Part shown: positions 17,472 to 28,139 of the stretch, piece by piece
Layout of the letters: each line of letters opens with the position of its first letter
Numbering within the stretch: position 1 is the first letter of the stretch
Source: Gemmatimonadales bacterium
GTDB taxonomy: Bacteria > Gemmatimonadota > Gemmatimonadetes > Gemmatimonadales > GWC2-71-9
Direction: 5' to 3'
Assembly: GCA_036279355.1 (NCBI GenBank)
Contig: DASUJH010000024.1
Coordinates: 67,375-131,374, forward strand
Length of the DNA: 64,000 nt
Notes under the pieces: generated by a model
Seen by the model: the letters and a program-made list of their open reading frames with translations, nothing else
Databases searched by the model: none
Told to the model about the DNA's origin: nothing
Made by a program: the position numbers and the translations under genes

Positions 17472-18508
17472 TCGCGCACCGCGTCGACGAAGGCCCTGGC
17501 GTGGGATACCGGCACGTCCGGCAGGATGCCATGGCCCAGGTTGGCGATGTGGCCGCGCCCGCCGAACGCGCGCAGCATGGCGCGGGTGCGCTCACGGATG
17601 ATGGACGGAGAGGCATAGAGCCAGCAGGGGTCGAGGTTGCCCTGCAATGCGACGCCGAGTGGGGCGGCCCGCCGCACGGCCCCGGCCGCGTCGGTGTGCC
17701 AATCCACTCCCAGCACATCAGCGCCGCTCGCCTCTGCGATCTCCTCGAGTGCCCACCCTGCCCCCGGCGCAAAGGCGATGACCGGTGCCCCCGCGGCGCG
17801 CGCGAGCCGCACCGCCTCGGCCAGATACGGCAGCGCGAAGGTACGGAAGTCGTCGGGTGCGAGCGCGCCGGCCCACGAATCGAAGACTTGCACGACCTGC
17901 GCACCCGCCGCCACCTGCGCCCGGAGGAACGCACCGACCGTGCGGCCGAGCCGGCCTAGCAGTTCGTGTGCGCGCGCGGGCTCCTCCAGCAGAAAGCGCT
18001 TCGCAAGCGCGAAGTTCTTCGAGGCGCCGCCTTCGATCATGTAGCTCGCGAGGGTCCACGGCGCGCCCGCGAATCCGATGAGCGGCACCCGCCCGTCGAG
18101 CTCACGGCGCGCGAGCCGAAGCGCCTCGAGCACGTAGTCCAGGTCATCCTCGGGTACCGCATCGCGCAGGCGATCGAAATCCACGGCCGACCTGAGGGGT
18201 TGGTGGAACCGTGGCCCCACTCCGTCGTCTACTGACAACTCCATCCCCATTGCCCGGGGCACGACGAGGATGTCGCTGAAGATGATGGCCGCGTCGACGC
18301 CGAGCGCGTCCACCGGCTGCAGGGTGATCTCGGCCGCCAGCTCCGGCGTACCGACCATCGTGAGGAAGTCCGCCTGCGCCCGCACCCGCCGGTATTGGGG
18401 GAGATAGCGGCCGGCCTGACGCATGAGCCAGACCGGCGGCCGCTCCACCGGTTCGCGGCGGCAGGCGCGGAGGAGCAGATCGTTGGTCGCGGCGGTCGTG
18501 GTGGTCAT
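17459..18508 (-). CDS. hemE: Uroporphyrinogen decarboxylase
   Basis: ORF 17459..18508. PPVWLMRQAGRYLPQYR signature. Confidence 0.95.
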   Translation of the reverse strand: MTTTTAATNDLLLRACRREPVERPPVWLMRQAGRYLPQYRRVRAQADFLTMVGTPELAAEITLQPVDALGVDAAIIFSDILVVPRAMGMELSVDDGVGPRFHQPLRSAVDFDRLRDAVPEDDLDYVLEALRLARRELDGRVPLIGFAGAPWTLASYMIEGGASKNFALAKRFLLEEPARAHELLGRLGRTVGAFLRAQVAAGAQVVQVFDSWAGALAPDDFRTFALPYLAEAVRLARAAGAPVIAFAPGAGWALEEIAEASGADVLGVDWHTDAAGAVRRAAPLGVALQGNLDPCWLYASPSIIRERTRAMLRAFGGRGHIANLGHGILPDVPVSHARAFVDAVREWRP

Positions 18509-19278
18509 CGAGCTTCGAAAAGCTTGAGAAGCGAACGCACGGCATCGGCCACCGATGCCGCGGTCACGTTCTGCGCGACGGCATCAGCGGGCCAGCCCGC
18601 GACTTCGGCCGCGGCGGCCGTGGTCGGGCCGATCGCGACGAGTCGGGGGCGTTCGGTTGCGTCGACCGTTCGCGCGAGCAACTGCGCCACGCGCGGACTC
18701 GAGACGACGAGCGCCGACGCGCCGCGCGCCGCGCGCCGTGCCATGCCGGGCTCGGCCAGCAGTGAGCGATAGCACACGATCTCGTCCACCGTGAGTCCCG
18801 CGGCGCGGAGGCCAGCCGGCAGCTCGTCGCGTCGCGCATCGCCGCAGAAGTAAAGGACCGGCGGACGCGTGCCCGCGGCCAGCATGGCGCGCGCGAGCGC
18901 GGCGCCTGCGGCCGTGTCGCCGCCGGCATCAGCGCCGAACCTTTTCTCCGGCCGACGCACCATGCCGAGCACGCTTCCGAGCGCAACCGCGGTGGCGGCA
19001 CCGGTGGCCCAGACCGGCACGGTCACGCGGCCCAGGGGCGCGGCCGCGGCACGGCATGCCACGGCGCTCGCCGCGCGCGGGGAGGTGAGGGCCACCGCAT
19101 GGTATGCCGCGAGCCGTGCGAGCGCACCATCGACGGACCTCCAATCGGGTGGCGGCGCGAAGCGGAGCAGCGGCATCGATCGGACCTCACAACCTTCGGC
19201 CTCAAGGAGCTCGCTCAGACCGGCGAAACCATCGGCGGCCAATGTGAGTGCGACTACCGGTCGAGCGGCGCGCATCAC
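18505..19278 (-). CDS. hemD: Uroporphyrinogen-III synthase
   Basis: ORF 18505..19278. ATGA overlaps on both sides, sited between hemC and hemE. The size and Ala-rich two-lobed pattern are consistent with HemD. Confidence 0.8.
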   Translation of the reverse strand: MMRAARPVVALTLAADGFAGLSELLEAEGCEVRSMPLLRFAPPPDWRSVDGALARLAAYHAVALTSPRAASAVACRAAAAPLGRVTVPVWATGAATAVALGSVLGMVRRPEKRFGADAGGDTAAGAALARAMLAAGTRPPVLYFCGDARRDELPAGLRAAGLTVDEIVCYRSLLAEPGMARRAARGASALVVSSPRVAQLLARTVDATERPRLVAIGPTTAAAAEVAGWPADAVAQNVTAASVADAVRSLLKLFEAR

Positions 19279-20243
19279 GGCTCCGGCACCGGTGCTGACG
19301 CGGCGGCGACGCGCACCGCGTCGAGGATGGCGGCGGCACCGTTGGCCAGCAACTCATCGGCGAGCGCGATGCCGAGGGCATCGGCCTCCTCCGGCGAATC
19401 GGCCGGGCCGACGCGCCGGCCACTCACCACCGCATCACCGGCGAGGGATGCGACCCGGCCGATGAGCTCGAGACGGTGGCCGCCATTTTCCGTCATGAAC
19501 CGCGCATGCGCCGCGACCGGCACCTGGCATCCGCCCTCCAGCCGCCGAAGCACCGCGCGCTCGGCGCCGGTTGCGAGCGCGGTCTCGCGGTCGTGGAAGG
19601 CTTCGCGCGCGGCCGCATGTGCACCCGCATCGTCACGCCGAACCGTCGCCGCGAGCGCACCCTGCCCGGGCGCCGGCAGCATCAACTCCAGCGGCAGCCG
19701 TTCGCTGATGCAGGCCTCGGCGCCCAATCGCGCGAGCCCCGCCACCGCGAGCACGATTGCCGCCCAGCGATCGCTCCGATCGAGCTTGGCGAGCCGGGTA
19801 TCCACGTTCCCCCGGATGTCGTCGATCGTGAGGTCGGGGCGCGCGGCCAGCAACTGCGCCCGGCGCCGCAGGCTGCTCGTCGCCACCACGGCGCCGTGCG
19901 GCAGCGAGTTCCACGGAATTCCGCCCCGCGAGACCAACGCATCGCGCGGATCCTCGCGGAGGCCGACGGCCGCGATCGCGATGCCTTCCGGAAGCGTCGT
20001 CGGCAGGTCCTTGAGCGAGTGGACGGCGAGATCGACGCGCCCCTCGAGCAGCGCGTCGTCGAGCTGGCGGGTGAACAGAGCGCGACTCCCGATGCGCGCG
20101 AGCGGCACGTCGCTCACTACGTCCCCGGTCGTGCGGATCTCGATCCGCTCGGTCGCGTGCCCCCGCGCGTCGAGGCAGGCGCGGACGCGCTCGGTCTGCC
20201 ACAGCGCGAGCGCGCTCCCGCGGGTTCCAATTCGGAGCGGCAT
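19275..20243 (-). CDS. hemC: Hydroxymethylbilane synthase (porphobilinogen deaminase)
   Basis: ORF 19275..20477 trimmed to ATG 20243 (MPLRIGTRGSALALWQ). Confidence 0.95.
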   Translation of the reverse strand: MPLRIGTRGSALALWQTERVRACLDARGHATERIEIRTTGDVVSDVPLARIGSRALFTRQLDDALLEGRVDLAVHSLKDLPTTLPEGIAIAAVGLREDPRDALVSRGGIPWNSLPHGAVVATSSLRRRAQLLAARPDLTIDDIRGNVDTRLAKLDRSDRWAAIVLAVAGLARLGAEACISERLPLELMLPAPGQGALAATVRRDDAGAHAAAREAFHDRETALATGAERAVLRRLEGGCQVPVAAHARFMTENGGHRLELIGRVASLAGDAVVSGRRVGPADSPEEADALGIALADELLANGAAAILDAVRVAAASAPVPEP

Positions 20244-20337
20244 GGGACGAAAGGTAATACGCCTTCTTGCCGCGTTCCGCGGACTCGCGCTGGGATGATC
20301 GGGGGAACGAGCGCCTCCGGCAGCGTCGCCGCGGCGT

Positions 20338-21702
20338 CTACGGCGTCCGCATAGACGCGACGTCCGCCGCAACGCGCTCCGCCGCTCCGAGACCGGAGCG
20401 GAGCGCGTCACCGAACGAGACGCCGTGTCGATAGCTCCCGGCGAGGTGGAATCCCGGATTGGCGCGCTCAACCTCATCCATCATTGCAAGCAGACGGCCG
20501 TGGTCCCGGGTGTACTGCGGAATGCCCTGCGGCCAGCGCACATGATGAATGAATCCGGGCGGCGCCGTGATCCCGAGCAGCGCGCGCAACTCCGGCATAA
20601 GCAGGCGTTCGAGCGGCTCGGCCTCGAGCGCCGCAAGCCACGGCCGCTGCGCGCCACCGGCGAGAGCCGTCACCAGCACGTGCTCGGAGGGGGCGCGCCC
20701 CGGAAAGAGGGTGGACGAGAAGATGACGCCGAGCAGATCACGATCCGCCTTGGGCGTGACGAGCGCGCCGAAGCCATCCAGCGGATGCCCCACATCCTCG
20801 CGCCGGAAGCCGAGCGCGAGCACCGCGAGCGGTGCATGGGAGATCGCGGCGAGCTCGCGGAGCCGCGCGCCGCCCGGACACTCGACGTGCATCCGATCGA
20901 ACGCATGGGCCGGCGTCGCGGCCACCACCGCATCGTGCGCTACCTCGCCCGTGTCCGTCGCTACGCTCCAACCATCCGGCGTGCGCGCGATCGCGCGCAC
21001 CGGCAGGTGGAGATGCACACGGGCGCCGAGCGCGCCCGCAAGCGCGTCGGGAATTTCCTGCAGGCCGTCCGGCAGAGACCGCACCCGCACGCGGCCGCTG
21101 CGAACGCCGCTCCTCCCCTCCGGAGCGCGTGCGCCCGAGAGTCCGCGAAGCACCGAGCCGCGCTTCTGCTCGAGGGCCGCGAGCCGCGGGAACGCGTAGC
21201 GCATCGATAGTTGCTCGGGGTCGCCGGCGTACACGCCCGAGACGAGCACCGCCGCCAGGTCAACCGCCTCGGCCCCGAACCGCCGCCGCACGAAGGAGGC
21301 GACGCTTTCATCGGCAGCGGCACGGCGCACGAACGGCTCGCCCAGCAGGCGAAGCTTGGCGCGCAGGGAGAGGAGCGGCGTGATGGCCAGCCCAAGCGGC
21401 GACCGGGGAACCCGAGCGAGTCGCCGCCCGCGCACTACGTAGCGATGGCGGGCCGAGCGGCGGGCATGAATCCATCGCTTGCCGAGACCGACCTCGGCCA
21501 AGAGCTTCTCGACTTCGGGCGGCAGGTAGGTCAGAGCGTTGGGACCCCACTCGGCGAGCCACCCCCGCTGCCGTTCGGTCCGCACCACTCCACCGGTCCG
21601 CGCGCTCGCCTCGTAGACGGTGACGTCAACCCCAAGGCGCATGAGCCGGTACGCCGCCGCAAGGCCGGCGGCACCTGCACCGACGACGGCTACCGATGCC
21701 AC
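20338..21702 (-). CDS. hemY: FAD-dependent protoporphyrinogen oxidase (HemY/PPOX type)
   Basis: ORF 20338..21702. N-terminal dinucleotide fold [24 protein letters not shown]. Sited in the heme cluster. Confidence 0.85.
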   Translation of the reverse strand: MASVAVVGAGAAGLAAAYRLMRLGVDVTVYEASARTGGVVRTERQRGWLAEWGPNALTYLPPEVEKLLAEVGLGKRWIHARRSARHRYVVRGRRLARVPRSPLGLAITPLLSLRAKLRLLGEPFVRRAAADESVASFVRRRFGAEAVDLAAVLVSGVYAGDPEQLSMRYAFPRLAALEQKRGSVLRGLSGARAPEGRSGVRSGRVRVRSLPDGLQEIPDALAGALGARVHLHLPVRAIARTPDGWSVATDTGEVAHDAVVAATPAHAFDRMHVECPGGARLRELAAISHAPLAVLALGFRREDVGHPLDGFGALVTPKADRDLLGVIFSSTLFPGRAPSEHVLVTALAGGAQRPWLAALEAEPLERLLMPELRALLGITAPPGFIHHVRWPQGIPQYTRDHGRLLAMMDEVERANPGFHLAGSYRHGVSFGDALRSGLGAAERVAADVASMRTP

Positions 21703-23009
21703 ACGGACGCGTCGAACGCTGCGGCGAGCGCGGCCTCGACCGCCGCGAGATCGGCGTCGCCATGCGCCGCCGAGGAGAACGCAGCTTCGAACGGCGAGGG
21801 CGGCAGGTACACGCTGGACGCGAGCATGGCGTGAAAGAATCGGGCGTACGCCGCGCGGTCGGCGCGCTTCGCCTCGTCATAGTTCCGCACCCTCGCGGGC
21901 GCGAAGAACGGCGTGAACATCGTACCGGCTCGCTGCACGGTGAGTCCCGTGCCCGCGTCCCGAGCGGCCCTGCTCAGCGAGTCTGCGCAACGCGCCGCCC
22001 AGCGCTCCGCGGCATCCCAGACGCCGGGACGCGCCAGGATGTCGAGAGTAGTGAGCCCCGCGGCCATCGCCATCGGGTTGCCCGACAGCGTACCCGCCTG
22101 GTACATCGGGCCCGCCGGCGCCACGCGTAGCATGAGATCGCGCCGACCGCCGTACGCCGCCGCGGGCAGTCCACCGCCCACCACCTTGCCGAGAATCGTG
22201 AGATCCGGCCGCACGTCAAACAACGCCTGCGCGCCCCGCGGATGCACCCGCCAGCCGGTCATCACCTCATCGAACACGAGCAGCGCGCCGTGCCGCGTGC
22301 ACAGCTCCCGAAGTCCTTCGAGAAATCCGGGCTCTGGCGGCACCACGCCCATGTTACCCGCCACCGGCTCGACCAGCACCGCGGCGATCCCATCTGCTCG
22401 GGCACGGAAAAAGTCGGCGACCGCGTCAAGATCGTTGAACGGCGCCACCAGCGTATCGGCTACCGCCGCCGCCGTCACGCCGGGCGAGTCGGGCAGGCCG
22501 AGCGTCGCGACGCCCGATCCGGCCGCCGCGAGCAGCGCGTCAGCGTGGCCATGGTAACACCCGTCGAACTTAAGGATGGCTCGGCGCCCCGTCGCCGCCC
22601 GCGCGAGCCGCACCGCGCTCATCGCCGCCTCGGTGCCCGAGCTCACGAATCGCACCATCTCGACGGACGGAAACGTCTCGATCACGCGCTCCGCGAGCTG
22701 CAGCTCCGCTTCCGTCGGTGCGCCGAAGGTGGTGCCCCCGCGCGCCGCCTCGACCACGGCCGCGACGACGTCCGGATGCGCGTGGCCCAGGATGAGGGGC
22801 CCCCAGGAGAGCACCAGATCGACGTAGCGGTTGCCGTCCACGTCAACGACAACGGCGCCCTCGCCGCGCGCGATGAAGCGGGGCACACCGCCCACGCCCT
22901 TGAAGGCGCGGACGGGACTATTGACGCCGCCAGGCAGCAACTCGAGCGCCCGCGCAAAGAGCATGGCCGAGCGCTCGGTGCCGGCGCCCATCACCCGGAC
23001 CTGGGTCAT
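21690..23009 (-). CDS. hemL: Glutamate-1-semialdehyde 2,1-aminomutase
   Basis: ORF 21690..23033 trimmed to ATG 23009, an ATGA overlap with the hemB stop. [12 protein letters not shown] signature. Confidence 0.95.
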   Translation of the reverse strand: MTQVRVMGAGTERSAMLFARALELLPGGVNSPVRAFKGVGGVPRFIARGEGAVVVDVDGNRYVDLVLSWGPLILGHAHPDVVAAVVEAARGGTTFGAPTEAELQLAERVIETFPSVEMVRFVSSGTEAAMSAVRLARAATGRRAILKFDGCYHGHADALLAAAGSGVATLGLPDSPGVTAAAVADTLVAPFNDLDAVADFFRARADGIAAVLVEPVAGNMGVVPPEPGFLEGLRELCTRHGALLVFDEVMTGWRVHPRGAQALFDVRPDLTILGKVVGGGLPAAAYGGRRDLMLRVAPAGPMYQAGTLSGNPMAMAAGLTTLDILARPGVWDAAERWAARCADSLSRAARDAGTGLTVQRAGTMFTPFFAPARVRNYDEAKRADRAAYARFFHAMLASSVYLPPSPFEAAFSSAAHGDADLAAVEAALAAAFDASVWHR

Positions 23010-23998
23010 CCGCGGTCGGGCTCCGCGAGCCACGCCGCCGCGTCCGCCGCGTGATAGGTGATGATGGCGTCCGCCCCCGCGCGGCGCATACCGATGAGCG
23101 CCTCGAGCACAACGCGCCGCTCGTCTATCCAGCCGGCACGCGCCGCCGCCTTTACCATCGCGTACTCGCCGCTCACGTTGTAGGTCACGAGCGGCAGCGC
23201 CGTGCGTTCGCGGACCGCGCGGACCACGTCGAGGTAGGCGAGCGCCGGCTTCACCATCAGCATATCGGCCCCTTCGCCCTCGTCCAGCGCGGCTTCGACG
23301 AGCGCCTCGCGCAGATTGGCCGGATCCATCTGGTAGTGCCGCCGGTCGCCGAATGCCGGCGCGCTCTCAGCGGCCTCGCGGAATGGACCGTAGAACGCGC
23401 TCGCGTACTTCACCGCGTAGCTCAGAATTCCGCACTCCGCGTAGCCGGCGCCGTCCAATGCCGCGCGGATCGCGCGCACCATTCCGTCCATCATCCCGCT
23501 CGGCGCCACGAGGTCGGCACCGGCCGCGGCGTGACTCTTTGCCACGCGACCGAGCACCTCGAGCGTCGCGTCGTTGTCGACAACGCCGGCGCGGACGACC
23601 CCGCAGTGGCCATGGGTCGTGTACTCGCAGCAGCAGACATCCGTGACGAGCAGCAACTCCGGGCGCCGGGCCCGGATCCGCCGGAGCGCGCGCTGCACAA
23701 TGCCATCCGGGTCGAAGTTCTCCGTCCCGATCTCGTCCTTCGCCGCCGGAATGCCGAAGAGCAGCACCGCCCCGATGCCGAGGCGATGGAGCCGGTCCAC
23801 CTCCCGGTCGAGCACCGCGTCGACCGAGCGGTGATGCACGCCCGGCATCGAGGCCACCTCGCGCTCGATGGCGTCGCCATGCACCACGAAGAGCGGCGCG
23901 ATGAGATCGCCGGCGTCGAGCGCGTGCTCGCGCACGAGGCGCCGAATCGCGCTGCTGCGGCGCCGCCGCCGGGGACGGTTGTCGGGAAAAACGCTCAT
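23006..23998 (-). CDS. hemB: Porphobilinogen synthase (Zn-type)
   Basis: ORF 23006..23998. [14 protein letters not shown] is the cysteine-rich metal site. Confidence 0.95.
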   Translation of the reverse strand: MSVFPDNRPRRRRRSSAIRRLVREHALDAGDLIAPLFVVHGDAIEREVASMPGVHHRSVDAVLDREVDRLHRLGIGAVLLFGIPAAKDEIGTENFDPDGIVQRALRRIRARRPELLLVTDVCCCEYTTHGHCGVVRAGVVDNDATLEVLGRVAKSHAAAGADLVAPSGMMDGMVRAIRAALDGAGYAECGILSYAVKYASAFYGPFREAAESAPAFGDRRHYQMDPANLREALVEAALDEGEGADMLMVKPALAYLDVVRAVRERTALPLVTYNVSGEYAMVKAAARAGWIDERRVVLEALIGMRRAGADAIITYHAADAAAWLAEPDRG

Positions 23999-24239
23999 GG
24001 CCGGGACCCCCGCGCGGGCACCGGTGCGTATGCCCCTTGCGTATCAAGGGGAATAACCGCGGCCTCCGCGCGATCTCCACGCAAAATACACGTCGCTCTC
24101 GCGGGGTGCACGGCAACCGCGGGTTGGCCCGTGTTCCGGGTCACGATCGTCTCAGCCGGGCTGTCACCGGGGTTTCCGACGGTCGGTCACCGACAGCCTT
24201 GATCCGCCGCAACATGTTTGCTTGGGGAGGATGCGGACC

Positions 24240-25712
24240 ATGGATCGCACGTCACGCATATTCACGCTCGCTGCACTGGTGACTCTCGGTGCGTGCGCCG
24301 CACCTGCACCGCGCCCCGCGCGCATCGCTCCGCGCGAGGCTGAACCGGCCATCGCCATCGTGAACGCGACGCTCTGGGACGGCACCGGCCGCGGGCCCGT
24401 GCCGAATGCGGTGACGCTCGTCCGCGGCGATCGAATCCTCTGCGCCGGCGCCGCCGCCGAATGCGTCGCGCCCCGCGACGCCCGCATCATCGACGCGCAC
24501 GGCGGCTGGCTCATCCCGGGCCTCATCGATACCCACGTGCACCTGCTTTTCCTCGAGCGCGGCAGCGCCGGCGAGGAGTTGGCCGCCGATCTCAAGGATC
24601 TGCTCGCCCAGGGCATCACGAGCGTGCGCGACATGGGGACGAATCCGGCCGAGCTGCTCTCGCGAACGCACGCGCTCTCCGCCGCGCCGCGGGTGTATGC
24701 CATGCAACTCGTCGCGGGTCTCCGCTTCTTCTACGAGCGGGACCAAGTGCAGCTCCCCGACGGCAGTGTGGCGCTGCGGATGCCGCAGGCGCAGGCGATG
24801 GAAGCGCGGGGCTGGTCGCCGATGATGTTCACGCACGGCGACAACGCCGATTCCCTTGTCGCGGAAGCCCGGAAGACCGGAGCCATCGGGCTCAAGCTCT
24901 ACGCGTACTTCGACTCCGCCACGGCGCGCGCGCTGGTCGACGCGGCGCACCGCGCCGGGATATCCGCATGGGGCCACGCGTGGGTGCAGCCAGCGAATCC
25001 CGGCGAGCTCGTACGCGCGGGCGAGGACGGCATCGTCCACGCGTCGCTGCTCGTCGGCGACCTGCTCTCCGGTGTGGCGCGCGACAGGCTGCTCGCGTCG
25101 AGCGCCATTCTCACCACTGGCGCGAGCCTCGAAACGCCTGAGGCCGCGCACGATCCGCGGATCGGCGCCACTCTCGACACCATGGCGCGGCGGGGCACCT
25201 TCCTCGAGCCCACGCTCGATGTGACGCTCCGGAGCCAGGCGCACTTCGACGGTGTGGTCGGGACCTCGCCCTCGCTGCCGGCTGAGTTTGCCCATGCATC
25301 GGTCGGCTTCAGCATGGCCGTGACCCGCGAGGCCGTGCGGCGGGGCGTGCGCATCACCGCCGGCACCGACCACGTGGCGTATGGTCCCGCGCGCGATCGC
25401 GCCTCGCTTGTAAGCGAGCTCAGGCTGCTGGTGGACTCGATCGGCCTCTCGCCGGCGGCCGCCCTCACCGCTGCCACGCGCGACGCCGCCCGCGCCATCG
25501 GCGGCGAACCGGCGCGAACCCTCGGAACCATCGAGGCCGGACGCTATGCCGACCTGGTCCTCCTCGACCGAAACCCGCTAGCTGACATCCGCAACGTCGA
25601 GTCGGTCGAATGGGTCATGCAGGGCGGCATGCTGTGGCATCCGTGGCAGCTTCGGAGCGGCATCGCCTCGGCCGAGCCGCCAGCCACCTCCGGCGCGCCC
25701 GGCGGCGACTGA
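24240..25712 (+). CDS. Amidohydrolase-family metallo-hydrolase, lipoprotein-type signal
   Basis: ORF 24222..25712. ATG 24240 lies 9 nt after GGGGAGG. Signal MDRTSRIFTLAALVTLGAC and IPGLIDTHVHL motif. Confidence 0.85.
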   Translation: MDRTSRIFTLAALVTLGACAAPAPRPARIAPREAEPAIAIVNATLWDGTGRGPVPNAVTLVRGDRILCAGAAAECVAPRDARIIDAHGGWLIPGLIDTHVHLLFLERGSAGEELAADLKDLLAQGITSVRDMGTNPAELLSRTHALSAAPRVYAMQLVAGLRFFYERDQVQLPDGSVALRMPQAQAMEARGWSPMMFTHGDNADSLVAEARKTGAIGLKLYAYFDSATARALVDAAHRAGISAWGHAWVQPANPGELVRAGEDGIVHASLLVGDLLSGVARDRLLASSAILTTGASLETPEAAHDPRIGATLDTMARRGTFLEPTLDVTLRSQAHFDGVVGTSPSLPAEFAHASVGFSMAVTREAVRRGVRITAGTDHVAYGPARDRASLVSELRLLVDSIGLSPAAALTAATRDAARAIGGEPARTLGTIEAGRYADLVLLDRNPLADIRNVESVEWVMQGGMLWHPWQLRSGIASAEPPATSGAPGGD

Positions 25713-25753
25713 CCCCCGCGCGCCGGCAGGATCGCACCCCGCAGCCGGCGCGT

Positions 25754-26809
25754 TCACCCGGACCGCAGGTCTTCCCCCCACTGTGGTCGAGCGGAGTGGC
25801 GAGGTGACCTCGCTGCGGCGTAGCGACCGCTCCGGGCCGCGCTCGCCAGCCCCGCCACGACCGGCAGGTCCTCCCGTTCCGCCCACTGCGTCCATGCCCC
25901 GGTGTACACCCGCACCCGCGCGTACCCGAGCAGATCGTGCAGGGCGAAGTAGACGTGGGTGGCTTCCGTCATGCTGTTGCAGTAGACGATGATGTCTTTG
26001 TCGGGCGTAATCCCCTGGGCCTCGTAGCTTGCCCTGAGCGCCGCCGGCTGTTTCCAGACGTGGCCGAACCCCACCTGCTCCAGATCGTCACTCCAGAAGT
26101 GGTTGATGGCGCCCGGAATGTGTCCCCGGCGAAGCTGCGCCCCCGCGAGGCCGGCATATTGTTGCGGATTCCGCGCGTCCACCAGCACCGACGAGCCGGT
26201 TTCGACCGCGCGCCGCACGTCCGCGAGGCCCGCAGCGGACGGGCGGAAGCTGCCACCGGGCGGCGTTGACGGGACGATCTTCGGATAGTGCTGTGCGAGC
26301 GGCCGCTGCTCGAGCTGCCACTTCGAGTAGCCGCCGTCGAGCAGGTATACCCGCGGATATCCCCACCCCTGCAGCAGCCATGCGAGGAACGTCGCATCGA
26401 TGTTGTGCGACTCGCCCGCGGAATAGATCACCACCGGCCGGTCCCGGCGAACGCCGAGTCGGCTGAAGAGATCGGCGTACCAGCTCGCCGGCATGAGCTG
26501 CATCGGCACGCCGTGATCCGATGCGCGCAGCGTTTCGGTATTCAGGTATTCGGCGCCGGGGATGTGATCCTTGAGATAATCGAACGGATCGGTGCGCACG
26601 TCGATCAGGAGAACATCACCGCGCTTCTGCCAGTCGGCGAGCTGGCCGGTGGTCACGAGCCGGGGCAGCGCGGAGGTATCTGCGGCCATGGCCGGCGCCG
26701 GAGCTGCACGTCGGCCGCTCGAACCGGCGCCGGCTCCGGCGCAGCCGAGGCAAAGACTCAGGACCAGCGCGGCCCGCATGCGGCTGCGGACAAGCAAGCA
26801 CGGCGTCAT
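25754..26809 (-). CDS. Tandem-rhodanese sulfurtransferase with signal/lipobox (SoxL-like by context)
   Basis: ORF 25754..26809. ATGA overlap with the upstream MBL stop. Two rhodanese repeats; active loop YCNSMTEA. Confidence 0.85.
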   Translation of the reverse strand: MTPCLLVRSRMRAALVLSLCLGCAGAGAGSSGRRAAPAPAMAADTSALPRLVTTGQLADWQKRGDVLLIDVRTDPFDYLKDHIPGAEYLNTETLRASDHGVPMQLMPASWYADLFSRLGVRRDRPVVIYSAGESHNIDATFLAWLLQGWGYPRVYLLDGGYSKWQLEQRPLAQHYPKIVPSTPPGGSFRPSAAGLADVRRAVETGSSVLVDARNPQQYAGLAGAQLRRGHIPGAINHFWSDDLEQVGFGHVWKQPAALRASYEAQGITPDKDIIVYCNSMTEATHVYFALHDLLGYARVRVYTGAWTQWAEREDLPVVAGLASAARSGRYAAARSPRHSARPQWGEDLRSG

Positions 26810-27861
26810 TGCGCCGTATCCGGTCCGAGTCCCATAACGTCCTTTTCCATTTCCAGGTAGACCCGCACGGCGTTGCGCCGCCGGCGGGAGTTGACCGACA
26901 CCGGACGGGTTTCGTCCGGCGGCGGCAGCGCCGCAAGCGCGCGTTGCATCGGCACGTTCTGCTCGACCGCCTTCCGCATCTCGGCGCGGAGGCCCGTGAT
27001 GTAGGCCCGCGTTTTCTCGATGAGCGTCAAAGGATTCGCCGGAATGGCGCCGTGACCCGGCACCGACACCTTCGGGTCGAGCGAGTCGATCGTAGCGAGC
27101 GCCTGGAGCAATGCGGGCGAGCTGCCGTCGACAATCATCGTGATCCCGTCTTCGATCAGGACGTCGCCCGCGAACAGCACGCGCGCCGCCGGCAGCCAGA
27201 CCATCAGGTCGCCGGCGGTATGCGGCGCGCCGGGGTGCATGATGACGAACGTCTTGCCGCCTAGCTCAAGCGTGTCGGTGCCCGTCACGGGGACGTCGGG
27301 TTTGTCGGCGTATGCAAAGCCGCGCATCGCGTCCCGCCCCGCCACCCGGGTCCAATCCTTCTCCAGCGCGTCGAAGCCGCCGGCCGAGGCGAGCGTCCGC
27401 CGGTCGGGATGCGCGATCACCTTCGCGCCCGCCCGGCGAAACACGATCGCGCCGAACATGTGATCCGGGTGGTGGTGGGTGAGAACGAGCCATCGGATCG
27501 GCTGCCGGGTGACCGATTGGATGGTTCTGAGCAGCGTTCGCCCGTCACGCGGACTTCCTTCGGCATCGATCACGACGACACCGTCATCGGTGACCATGAA
27601 TCCCGCGTTCGGCCGCCCCTCCGAACCGCGTCCAGTGTCACCGATGACCGCGTACACGCCCGGTGCAAGTGCCCGAATCGGAAATACGGCCGCCGATGCG
27701 GCGCGCGACGGCACGGCACCCAGCAAATCGGCGCCCCAGGCGACGGGCACCGCGCAGAGCGCGAGGAGGACTGCGACAACCGTGGGGCCGTACCGGGTCA
27801 GGCGGAGGTGAACGCGATGTTGACGGACTGCTTGAACACGCCCCCCTTGTTGTCCTTCCAT
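26806..27861 (-). CDS. Secreted MBL-fold metallo-hydrolase (SoxH-like by context)
   Basis: ORF 26806..27939. LVLTHHHPDH motif. The start is uncertain: ATG 27861 overlaps soxZ by 64 nt, and CTG 27801 in a CTGA overlap is an alternative. Signal VVAVLLALCAVPVAWG. Confidence 0.8.
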   Translation of the reverse strand: MEGQQGGRVQAVRQHRVHLRLTRYGPTVVAVLLALCAVPVAWGADLLGAVPSRAASAAVFPIRALAPGVYAVIGDTGRGSEGRPNAGFMVTDDGVVVIDAEGSPRDGRTLLRTIQSVTRQPIRWLVLTHHHPDHMFGAIVFRRAGAKVIAHPDRRTLASAGGFDALEKDWTRVAGRDAMRGFAYADKPDVPVTGTDTLELGGKTFVIMHPGAPHTAGDLMVWLPAARVLFAGDVLIEDGITMIVDGSSPALLQALATIDSLDPKVSVPGHGAIPANPLTLIEKTRAYITGLRAEMRKAVEQNVPMQRALAALPPPDETRPVSVNSRRRRNAVRVYLEMEKDVMGLGPDTAQ

Positions 27862-28139
27862 GTCATGGCGAGCGGTGCTTCCCGGTCTGCCTTGACCGTG
27901 AAGCTGACGAGGGGATCGCGGCTGATTCCCGAGGTCCACTCGAAGTGGGCAATCTCCTCACCACCGTACTCCACGTGCACCTCGTTGATGAAGTACGCGG
28001 GAATCGGGTCGCCATCCTTGGTGCGGAAGAACCCCGTGTCCATCGGGTGACTCACGATGGCGTTCACGATGATCACGTCGCCCTTCGTGATACGGTCGGG
28101 CACGCGGATCCGGGCCTGTCCGATGTCATGGCGCATCAT
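27798..28139 (-). CDS. soxZ: Thiosulfate-oxidation carrier complex protein SoxZ
   Basis: ORF 27798..28223 trimmed to ATG 28139, an ATGA overlap with the soxY stop. RIRVPDRITKGDVIIVNAIVSHPMDTG..INEVHVEYGG pattern. Confidence 0.85.
   Translation of the reverse strand: MMRHDIGQARIRVPDRITKGDVIIVNAIVSHPMDTGFFRTKDGDPIPAYFINEVHVEYGGEEIAHFEWTSGISRDPLVSFTVKADREAPLAMTWKDNKGGVFKQSVNIAFTSA

Noticed and set aside
24033-24051. A hairpin CCCCTTG-cgtat-CAAGGGG 35 nt upstream of hemB
   Set aside because: It is a real 7-bp inverted repeat, but short stems like this are frequent in GC-rich spacers and no known heme-regulatory motif fits.
24252-25373. A 373-aa minus-strand ORF, together with the one at 24164-24703
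   Set aside because: Both are antisense to the amidohydrolase gene, which has a lipoprotein signal and the IPGLIDTHVHL metal-binding motif.
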